Shown here: piece by piece, positions 52,926-64,000 of the stretch | Numbering within the stretch: position 1 is the stretch's first letter | Layout: each line of letters starts with the position of its first letter | NCBI RefSeq assembly: GCF_006345805.1 | Contig: NC_043010.1 | Coordinates: forward strand, 64,604,001-64,668,000 | Source of the DNA: Octopus sinensis | Taxonomy: Eukaryota | Reading direction: 5' to 3' | DNA length: 64,000 nucleotides | Translations under genes and position numbers: made by a program | The notes under the pieces: model-generated | What the model saw: the letters and a program-made list of their open reading frames with translations, nothing else | Databases searched by the model: none | What the model was told of the DNA's origin: nothing

Positions 52926-53185
52926 TCCCGGGTTGAGTCGGGGTTAACCACAGTCAATAAGGTACTCAATACATAGCAGAGTAAATTAATTTATTTTATA
53001 GAAGGAGCTTCTATAAAACAACCGTTTTGCGCCATGCCTACCCCCCAAAAAGTCCCCCACCACCACCCATTTAAACCTGCCTAAATGTATAAATGCCAAA
53101 ACAACTCTTGTCTACTAGCTTCCTGATGATTTCTTTTGAATGAAACAGTTCTAGTCCTGTAGAAGCTCCTTCTATAAAATAAATA

Positions 53186-53190
<5 letters not shown>
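52921..53190. mobile_element. Composite non-autonomous Penelope-type element with an internal inversion, between (AT)n tracts
   Basis: Perfect 25-bp inverted repeat (52989-53013 vs 53160-53184). The right part matches 22188-22350 and the left part matches 55964-56008. Confidence 0.75.
53117..53167 (+). ncRNA. Type I hammerhead ribozyme (family 1, intact; identical to 22205-22255)
   Basis: AGCTTC CTGATGA TTTCTTTTGAAT GAAA CAG TTCTAGTC CTG TA GAAGCT; predicted cleavage after 53161. Confidence 0.8.
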
Positions 53191-53238
<48 letters not shown>

Positions 53239-53470
53239 ATTATTGAAGTAGATAAATGAATTATCTTATTACGGATAATTCAAATGATAACAGATACCTG
53301 GGTAGCAAAAATCACAACAGAAAATGCACGGTTGAAGTTACGACCATGGGGCATAAAAACCGTGCCTTAGTGCGGAAATTTGAAGTTTTATATATTAAGT
53401 GTAGGAAAAAATGGAGCTGAACGAAGATTTAACAAAATTATAAAGGAATTTTGTTAAATCTTTTTCCTAC

Positions 53471-53529
<59 letters not shown>

Positions 53530-53689
53530 TTCCAGTATTATCTATACCATTCTGCCTAAATAATGGAACTACAGATGCAATATCCCTGCATATCGTACGT
53601 CAGTTTTCATCCCTCCACTTTAGTCTCTATTTCATATCTTATATAGAATAACTATTGCTTAACCATTTCGCTTAACCATTTCGCACACC

Positions 53690-53735
53690 GTCTCCGATGA
53701 AGGGATATATAATATCACGGAAACAGCTGTAAGAC
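53690..53735 (+). ncRNA. Minimal type I hammerhead-like ribozyme (family 3), core U4>C, palindromic stem III
   Basis: GUCU [I] CCGAUGA AGG GAUAU AUA AUAUC ACG [II] GAAA CAGCUG UA | AGAC [I']; ACAGCUGU is a palindrome. Confidence 0.6.
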
Positions 53736-53975
53736 ATTCTCTTTATAAATGTACTGAAATCTGTCACAGCCTTCGATTTTTATCTCATTGTGAAAATGTT
53801 TTTATATATATACACATGCTGATATATGAACTACGGTGACTCCTCATTCGCACAATCACCGAACCTGGAGCTTAACTGTAGTCTGTCCATAGCACTGACT
53901 CAACATTACGCGACACCTTTGGTTCTTATTGACACCATTACCTCTTATAATCTCTCTCTCTCTCTCTCTCTTAAT

Positions 53976-54026
<51 letters not shown>

Positions 54027-54060
54027 TGTGTGTGTGTGTGTGTATCTATATATATTTATA

Positions 54061-54089
<29 letters not shown>

Positions 54090-54091
<2 letters not shown>

Positions 54092-54702
54092 TATATAAAA
54101 TCCGTTCTCTCTGTGTTTGTGTGTCTTCTAGGATCTCGGGCATCCTCCATCCGAATGCTCTCAAATTTGATACGTAGATACCGATGATATCAGAACGTAA
54201 AAAAATTACTAAAATCGATTCCAGGTGACAATGCGATCAATAAAGCCGAGGGAAGGTGCATTCGTACGCGCAAGTACATCAGCTGTTGCACGTACGCGAG
54301 AAAAATGCACGTACAGTTTACGCAAAAAAGCCGGCGGGCTTGAAATAATGCCACAAAATAAGGCGGCGAGCTGGCAGAAAAGTTGGCAGGTCGGGCGAAA
54401 CGCTTAGCGGTATTTCGTCTGCCGTTACGTTCTGAGTTCAAATACCGCCTAGGTCGACTTTGCCTTTTAACCTTTCGGGGTCAATTAAATAAGTACGAAT
54501 TACGCACTAGGGTCGATGTATCGACTTAATCCGTTTGTCTGTCCTGGTTTGTCCCCTTTGTGTTTGGCTCTCTTTGTGTAGTACAGAAATTGAAATAATG
54601 CCACAAAATGGGACTATCGGACAAGTTGTTTTGAGAAAATTTGGTTTAAATGTTCGACAACTCAGCACCGTCCATTGGACGGGGGAAGGGGCCTTTTGCT
54701 CG
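54090..54702 (+). mobile_element. Probable non-autonomous Helitron-like element carrying a SINE
   Basis: Starts tatataaaatccg...ctgtgtttgtgtgtc after (AT)n. A subterminal hairpin ccgtcc-att-ggacgg (54668-54682) lies 20 nt before a CTCG end (a CTRR variant). Confidence 0.5.
54360..54589 (+). mobile_element. SINE family A monomer with a 20-bp TSD
   Basis: ttgaaataatgccacaaaat at 54340-54359 and at 54590-54609. Confidence 0.95.
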
Positions 54703-54791
<89 letters not shown>

Positions 54792-54808
54792 GTCTGTCTA
54801 TCTTTCTG

Positions 54809-54869
<61 letters not shown>

Positions 54870-54879
54870 TATCTCTCTC

Positions 54880-54960
<81 letters not shown>
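54703..54960. repeat. (ATCT)n-(CT)n-(AT)n compound microsatellite
   Basis: Directly visible. Confidence 0.95.
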
Positions 54961-54965
<5 letters not shown>

Positions 54966-55168
54966 CACACACACAGTTAGGTTTTATGCTTTTATGAACG
55001 TAGCAAAATACCGTATATAGTCCGTCGACCAGATTCCACCTTCTACTTACTATTCAGCAGTAGTTTTATAACAACTACTAGATTTACATTGGGGCATCTG
55101 GAGTGTGTGAATAGTTCATTGAATAAGTTGGAAAATGTTCTACTTTTTCGTGTTGACTGAAAATGTGT

Positions 55169-55217
<49 letters not shown>

Positions 55218-55218
55218 G

Positions 55219-55250
<32 letters not shown>

Positions 55251-55452
55251 GTTGTGTGTGTGTGTGTGTGTGTGTGTGTTTGTGTGTGCGAAGGTGCATA
55301 TCTCAGTGGTTTGAGTGTCGGACATTTAAATAATTTAAATTTTTATATTTTACATATTTTGTATATTATATTAATTATTTTTATTTTTATGTTTTGGTTT
55401 ATGTCTTTCACTGTTTGATTTGCCTAATAGTGGTTTTATCTCTAATTTAATT

Positions 55453-55510
<58 letters not shown>

Positions 55511-55902
55511 ATATATAACATATATATATATATATATACATATATATATGTATATGTATATATATACATATATATATATATATAAATTAAATTAGAGATA
55601 AAACCACTATTAGGCAAACCAATATATATATATATATACCTACATACATAGTCACACAAAGTATTTATACAACACTTGTTGCTCCCGTGGCATCAAAAAG
55701 TGACGGTTAACTCTAGTATAAAAGAGGTACAAACTAAGGTACGTAATAATCCATTTCTTGCACGCGCACACACATAATTCCCCCGCAGAAGTCACCTTTT
55801 TTGTGCATGCAGGTATTATCTACATTATACACATTGGAGAGTGTGTGTGTGTACACACACACACGTAGTTATACATTTACATTCATATATATATATATAT
55901 AT

Positions 55903-56008
55903 TATTTTATAGAAGAAGCTTCTACAGGACTAGAACTGTTTCATTCAAATGAAATCATCAGGATGAGTACCTTATTTACTGTGGTTAACCCCGACTCAAC
56001 CCGGGACC
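55903..56008 (-). mobile_element. Internally deleted copy of the 52921-53190 composite; hammerhead at 55917-55967 with a broken stem I
   Basis: The core and stem III match family 1 and stem II has one loop change. The 5' stem I strand is replaced by CUCAUC at the deletion junction. Confidence 0.75.
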
Positions 56009-56057
56009 TACATATATATATATATATAGATATATATGTATGTATATAAGTGTATGT

Positions 56058-56105
<48 letters not shown>

Positions 56106-56119
56106 ATACATACATATAT

Positions 56120-56530
56120 TTCTTTTTTTTTTTTTTTCTTTTACTTGTTTCAGTCATTTGAATGCGGCCATGCTGGAGCACCGCCTCTAGTCGAGCAAAT
56201 CGACCCCAGAACTTATTCTTTGTAAGCCCAGTACTTATTCTATCGGTCTCTTTTGCCGAACCGCTAAGTGACGGGGACGTAAACACACCAGCATCGGTTG
56301 TCAAGCAATGCTAGGGGGACAAACAGAGACATACACACACACATACACACATATATATATATATACATATATACGACAGGCTTCTTTTAGTTTCCGTCTA
56401 CCAAATCCACTCACAAGGCATTGGTCGGCCCGGGGCTATAGCAGAAGACACTTGCCCAAGATGCCACACAGTGGGACTGAACCCGGAACCATGTGGTTGG
56501 TTAGCAAGCTACTTACCACACAGCCACTCC
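56120..56530 (-). mobile_element. SINE family B, full length
   Basis: Head, internal microsatellite and tail are all present. Confidence 0.92.
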
Positions 56531-57758
56531 TATATATATGTATGTATGTATTATTTTTGTATATATGCATGCATATATATATGTACACATATATATATTT
56601 GCTCTAACAACCAAGAGCACAGTTTTGGATCACTTCAAAATGTGAAATATATCAAAATCGATAAATGAAACCTCCTTTCTGCAACGAATATCGCCCTGGT
56701 CATGAACTATTCTGCATGATCGGCGACAATTGTTAAACATCTGTTGTGAAAAACCTGGACGAGTAGCCGCCCCTGGATTAGTGACTGACGGGATACGAGT
56801 CCGACTCCTGTGAGAACCTCCTAAGAATTTTTCTGTGTTATAAGAGTAAAATGAGCAACCATCCAGCTGTTTTTACGACTACACTGCGTTCGGAATTTAA
56901 CGTCTTATTTGCAATATATATGTTTTTGAATTAACTTAAATACTTCTCACTTCTTAATATTTCCAGTGATGTAAACGACTGCATAAACAGAGGCTTAAAG
57001 TAAGCGAACCGTTGTCAATGGCAACATTACGTCAGAAATAGAATTGATTGACGCATGCGTATTCCTCAATCTTAATATCGTCTGCTACAAACCTCGACAA
57101 GACAAAACAGGTCAACATATTTGTTCCACTGCTGACATTGGAAATTCATAAAGAAATTCAGTGGAAAATTACAGTTTATTAGCATTTAATATTGTAGAGT
57201 CAGTTTTTTTAAATTGATAATTCTACAGAAAATAAGAAGACACGGTAAGTAGAAACTTTTAGAATTATAAGTTTGAAACTAGAGTAATCCAAGTTACATT
57301 GATTTTGATGTCCTTCAATTTTTGATGAATTTTGTTGAAGAAAAAGAAATCTGAATAAGAGAAACAACCTTTATTCACTTTATGAACGGCTCTCATTAAT
57401 GTGGAACATCTCATCTATAATAATTTAAATACAGAAATCTTTCTTTGAGAATGTGATACAATATGTGTTAAGCAGACCATCATGAAAGAAATAGTCTATT
57501 ATCGAAGGTTGGGCAAATATAATTTCATTGCAGACAACTCCCTTACAACCTGTTATCGTAGCTGATATGTTGAACGAATAAATCATTTTCTGCTCTACCT
57601 CTGTGAAGTTGGAATAGCAATTTCTCAGATAAACAATGAAACATTTTATTTCACAATTCAAAAAAGCATTTTCAGAATGTGTGCTTAGGTAACTAATACA
57701 AACTGAACTATACAAATATGTATATTAGTGAGAGAATGTATGCAGATGAAATAATTAC

Positions 57759-57872
57759 CTATAAATTGAAATTGAAGAAATCAAAAGATAGTGCTTTCGT
57801 CTTATAATGGGAAACTTCCCAAATTCTCTGTTGTATTCAGGGACATAGTGCGGTCGAATTTTCACATCTTGT
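57759..57872 (-). other. Candidate small exon of unknown product (see findings)
   Basis: Acceptor tttcttatttcacag|A; open frame QDVKIRPHYVPEYNREFGKFPIIRRKHYL; ungapped homologues at about 58060-58147, 61550-61618 and 56822-56910. Confidence 0.25.
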
Positions 57873-58148
57873 CTGTGAAATAAGAAACACATTTAATTCT
57901 TCCAAAGTTTGTTCACAAAATGTTGTTGTTGCATTCTATAACCGATAATATTTAGCATTTAATTTGACGGAAATTGTTGTTAGCACGACGATTAGCTTGA
58001 TACTAGTTATTCAACCGGTATCTGATGGGATATGAGTTCGACTCCCGGGACCATCTGCTAAGAATTGTTTTCTGTTATGAGTGTAAAATATGCAAACTTT
58101 CTGCTGTTTTCACGGGTATACTGCGTTCGAAAGTTAGCGTCTTGTCTG

Positions 58149-58263
<115 letters not shown>

Positions 58264-58273
58264 TATATATATA

Positions 58274-58310
<37 letters not shown>

Positions 58311-58319
58311 TATAGGAGA

Positions 58320-58620
<301 letters not shown>

Positions 58621-58854
58621 GTGTTAAACTGACCACTTTTCCTGTGGAAATGGATAAGTAAATAAATCGTATCATCCAACATTCTCCATGAATATTTCAT
58701 AACCTTCCTACGTTTTCAGGGAACTGGTGATTGCTGTTACAGGACACAGAATCTAACGGAAAGTCAGACATCTCGAAGAGCTACAAGAAATATCTATAAA
58801 ATGTATAATGATAATTTTACTTTATTTTAGTAAGTCTCAGTTACACGCGCGTGC

Positions 58855-58885
<31 letters not shown>

Positions 58886-58984
58886 TGTATGTATGTATGT
58901 ATGTATGTATGCATGCATGTATGTCTGTATGTATGTATGCATGTATGTGTGTATATATGTAATTGTTATGTATATATACGCCCC

Positions 58985-59080
58985 CTTCCCAATTCAGGGA
59001 TACAACATATAGATACACTGCAACACAATTACATTTCCTCAACAGGCCCAGGCTTATTTAACATTGTCTCAAAACTAAAA
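58985..59080 (+). mobile_element. Tiny LINE 3' fragment, same family as 9150-9560
   Basis: IDTLQHNYISSTGPGLFNIV. Confidence 0.55.
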
Positions 59081-59407
59081 TAAGGTACGTAATAATCCTT
59101 CCCTTTCAGGAGCACACACATACTTCCCCTGCACAAGTCTCTGTTTTGTGAATGTAGGTATGAAGTTATGTACTTATACAGTTTTGTGCGTGTGTGCTTG
59201 TATATACACACACAACACACACATGTAGTTATACATTTACATACATATATACATTCATACATACTTGCATGGATATGTATTTATGTGTGTATGTATGTAT
59301 ACAAACATACGCCCCCACATACACATATGTATATATTATATATATATGGATTTGTACCTGCTTGTATACATATACGTATATTATATAGATATTTATTTAT
59401 ACCTGCT

Positions 59408-59440
<33 letters not shown>

Positions 59441-59443
59441 TTG

Positions 59444-59862
<419 letters not shown>

Positions 59863-59880
59863 TTCATTATATATATATAG

Positions 59881-59980
59881 TGGCATCTTGGTCAAGTGTC
59901 TTCTGCATAGCCCCGGGCCGACCAATGCATTGTGAGTGGATTAGGTAGACGGAAACTGAAAGAAGCCTGTCGTATATATG

Positions 59981-60064
<84 letters not shown>

Positions 60065-60288
60065 TGTGTGTGTGTGTGTTTGTGTGTCTGTGTTTGTCCC
60101 CCTAGCATTGCTTGAGAACCGATGCGGGTGTGTTTACATCCCCGTCAACTAGCGGTTCGGCAAAAAGAGACCCATAGAATAAGTACTGGCCTTACAAAGA
60201 ATAAGACCCGGGGTCGATTTGCTCGACTAAAGGTGGTGCTCCAGCATGGCCGCAATCAAATGACTGAAACAAGTAAAAGAGTAACGAG
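59881..60288 (+). mobile_element. SINE family B, 5'-truncated, with expanded internal microsatellite
   Basis: ttggtcaagtgtcttctg...ggggtcgatttgctcgactaaagg...aaacaagtaaaagagtaa. Confidence 0.9.
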
Positions 60289-60376
60289 AATATATATATA
60301 TATATTATATATTATATATTATATATCAGATATTATATATATTATATATTATATATATACATATTTATACCTTGCT

Positions 60377-60431
<55 letters not shown>

Positions 60432-61884
60432 ATATATATATATTATATATATATATATATACGCACATTTATATACACTTACTAATAATCCAACAACCAA
60501 CAACAAAATTAAGATTCACTTCCAAATCTAAATATATCAAAATCAATAAACCTTATTTCTGCAACAAATATTCCCATCGTCATAAAAAAACATTCTGTAT
60601 AATCATCAACAACTGATAATTATCCGTGTGAAAATCCAAGACGAGTAGTCTCCCTTGCATAACATATCTTTGTCTTAAGTTCAATATTTCTCACAAACCC
60701 AGCATAAAGTAAGCGAACCGTTGTCAATGACAACATTACGTCAGAAATAGAATTGCTTGACGCATGCGTATTCCTCAATCTTAATATCGTCTGCTACAAA
60801 CCTCGACAAGACAAAACAGGTCAACATATTTGTTCCACTGCTGACATTGGAAATTCATAAAGAAATTCAGTGGAACATTACAGTTTATTAGCATTTAATA
60901 CTGTAGAGTCATTTTTTTAAAAATTAATAATTCTACAGAAAATAAGAAGACACACAAAATGTTTTTCGTGGTTCTATCGACAGACACGGTAAGTAGGAAC
61001 TGTTACAATTATAAGTTTGAAACTAGAGTAATCCAAGTTACATTGATTTTGATGTCCTTCAATTTTTGATGAATTTTGTTGAAGAAAAAGAAATCTGAAT
61101 AAGAGAAACAACCTTTATTCACTTTATGAACGGCTCTCATTAATGTGGAACATCTCATCTATAATAGTTTAAATACAGAAATCTTTCTATGAGAATGTGA
61201 TACAATATGTGTTAAGTAGACCATCATGAAACAAATAGTCTATTATCGAAGGTTGGGCAAATATAATTTCATTGCAGACAACTCCCTTACAACCTGTTAT
61301 CGTAGCTGATATGTCGAACGAATAAATAATTTTCTGCTCTACCTCTGTGAAGTTGGAATAGCAATTTCTCAGATAAACAATGAAACATTTTATTTCACAA
61401 TTCTATAAAGCATTTTCAGAATGTGTTCTTAGGTAACTAATACATACCAATACTATACAAATATGTATATTAGTGAGAGAATGTATGCAGATGAAAATAA
61501 TTACCTATAAATTGATATTGAAGAAATCTAAAGATAGTGCTTTCCTCTTATAATGGAAAAATACCCAAATTCTCTGTTGTGTTCAGGGACATAGTGCGCT
61601 CGAAGTTTCACATCTTGTCTGTGAAATGAGAAACACATTTAACTCTTCCAAAGTTTGTTCACGAAATGATGTTGTGGCATTCTATAACCGATAATATTTA
61701 GCTTTTGATTTGACTGAAACTGTTGTCAGCACGACGATTATCTTCATATTACATATTCAAACGATATCTGCTGGGATACGAGTTCGACTCCCGTGATCAC
61801 CTGATAAGAATTTGTCTGTGTTATGAGTGTAAAATAGAAAGTAGAGAAGTTGTTATGGACCATGAGTATCCTTCAACGTCAGTT

Positions 61885-62340
61885 ATACATACAAGTAATA
61901 TATCTAGACTTCTTTAAGGCCTTCGAAGAAGCTGATCAGAGAACTATATGCCACAACCAATTATGATCATAGTATAATTGGAAAACTAATGGACCAATCA
62001 TCTGACAAAATTTGCAGTTCACAATGCTTGTTCAGAGGAGACATTATTTCTATGAGGTGTCCCTCACGCATCCGATTCGGATATTGTTTGTAGTGGCTCT
62101 TTTTTAGACATACTCTCACTCAGTAAGTCATTCTCTCTAGGTACGTTGATGATATAAAAGTATCAAAAACATACATTTCAGTAAAAATTAAACGTATTAT
62201 ACAAATAGACAGAATGTAGTCGACACGCAAATCAGTACTGGGAAATTTTGTGTATTCAGCTATCAATCTACAAGGATATCACAATTAGAATGCAATGAAC
62301 TGGCAGGTCTTGCCATTGGAAATACACAACTACATGAGCA
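61885..62340 (+). mobile_element. Highly degenerate LINE RT fragment
   Basis: VIYLDFFKAF, GVP and YVDDIKV remnants. Confidence 0.65.
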
Positions 62341-62411
62341 GAGACTCAAGATTATTACTAAATGATGCGCAACGAACATATGGAATTATGTATTTTGTAT
62401 GATTCCATGTA

Positions 62412-62590
62412 CGTGCCGCATGGCTCACACCCTCAGAATTGTGAGGTTGTGTCGTCGGTTACCAGACCGGATTATATGTTATGTTTTTACTCGGCTGTAG
62501 AAATGATTTACGACGTGACCGGTGCCGAGCTGCATCGGCTTTTACCTTTCCCTTCCACAACATTGGTTGCATACCAGAAATTCTCCATGT
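62412..62590 (+). mobile_element. Degenerate SINE family C
   Basis: gcatggctca...gtgaggttgtg...actcggctgtagaaatga...cgacgtgac. Confidence 0.6.
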
Positions 62591-62734
62591 GGGAACTTTG
62601 TGAATAGATGCACATTCTCGGGTGTATGCATTGATACATCAACCAACACACAAATTTAACCGCATATTTACAAACACAAGGAATTCTTTTGATTCAAAAG
62701 TCTTGTTGCTTTGTTAGCAAACGTCTGAACTCAT

Positions 62735-62968
62735 ACCTACATACATACATGCATGCATACATACATACATACATACATACATACATACATACATACATAC
62801 ATACATACATAAATACATACATACATACATACATACATGCATACATACATACATACATACATACATACATGCATACATACATACATACATACGTGCATGC
62901 ATGCACGCTCGCACACACGCATACATACATACATACATGCATGCATACATACATACATGCATACATGC

Positions 62969-62999
<31 letters not shown>

Positions 63000-63731
63000 C
63001 ATACATGCATACATACATACATACATACATAATACATACATACATACATACATACATACATACATTACATAATGCATACATACATACATAACATACATAC
63101 ATGCATACATACATAATAAACATACATTACATACATACATACATTACATACATACATACAACATACATGCATAAATACATGCATACATGCATACATGCAT
63201 AATACATACTTACATACTTACATACATACTACATGCATGCATACATACATACATGCTACATGCATAATACATAAGACATACTTACATAACAATACATATT
63301 ACATACATTACATACATACATAACATACATACATACATACATTACATACTACATACATACATGCATACATACATACATACATACCATACATACATACATA
63401 CATGCATACATACATACATACATACATACATGCATACATACATACATATAATACATACATACATACATACATACATACATACATACATACATACATGCAT
63501 ACATACCACAATACGTGCATGCATGCACGCTCGCACACACGCATACATACATACATACATACATACATACATACATACATACATACATACATGCATACAT
63601 ACATACATACATGCATACATACATACATACATACGTGCATGCATGCACGCTCGCACACACGCATACATACATATATACATAAATACATACATGCATACAT
63701 ACATACATACATGCATACATACATACATATG

Positions 63732-63765
<34 letters not shown>

Positions 63766-63780
63766 TATATATAATATATA
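62735..63780. repeat. About 1 kb (CATA)n satellite with a recurring variant motif
   Basis: acgtgcatgcatgcacgctcgcacacacgc recurs at about 62890, 63512 and 63632. Confidence 0.95.
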
Positions 63781-63792
63781 TATATCTGCAGT

Positions 63793-63985
63793 GCCAGTAT
63801 TCATGCCATCATTTGGGCAGCTTGAATGGACGCTTGATAAGATCCGAGTCACTGATGTGAAAACCCGAAGAATACTTACAAGTACACATGATTTCCGCAT
63901 AAACAGTGCCGTGCACAACCCCTAACCAAATCGAAAACAAAGTGGCAGTGGCTTAACATCGATCCAAAATGCCTTTGATTATTTC
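63793..63985 (+). mobile_element. R4-clade fragment (post-RT region)
   Basis: PVFMPSFGQLEWTLDKIRVTDVKTRRILT...RKQSGSGLTSI resembles P...YSFG...WT...I...D.KTR..LT...R..GGRGL.SI. Confidence 0.7.
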
Positions 63986-64000
63986 ATCAAATCCCTTCGA

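Noticed and set aside
56680-56730. TNIAL reading resembling a lectin-domain start
   Set aside because: No AG acceptor, an in-frame stop follows, and the duplicate reads differently.
56967-56999. 33-nt AG/GT-bounded segment encoding DVNDC (cbEGF-like)
   Set aside because: Too short and not conserved in the duplicate copy.

Overview
Repeat-saturated, AT-rich eukaryotic DNA. It is most likely Octopus (an inference from the tRNA-derived SINE families, the LINE types and the very high microsatellite density), with a 100-N scaffold gap at 15931-16030. Nearly all listed ORFs are microsatellite artefacts or transposon fragments. I can support three host-gene exons, all phase 1-1: an F-type lectin (fucolectin/FTP) domain exon on + (7454-7714), and a Cys-rich exon (26334-26420) and an EGF-like exon (21118-21270) on -. 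The EGF exon would splice in frame onto the lectin exon (...PYCQK|LNIAQG...), but the two lie on opposite strands across the gap, suggesting an inversion or a mis-oriented contig. The rest is nested mobile DNA: CR1/L2-group, RTE and R4-clade LINEs, Penelope-like elements, a TIR-complete mariner, Tigger, a Helitron-like element, a foldback element, three SINE families and several tandem duplications of different ages. The most notable hidden signal is a set of type I hammerhead ribozyme motifs from about four sequence families in Penelope-type terminal repeats. Two are identical, canonical-core 51-nt copies (22205-22255 on -, 53117-53167 on +), and an inverted fragment of the same element begins within 2 nt of the predicted cleavage site. 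All structures were folded by eye and no database was consulted.
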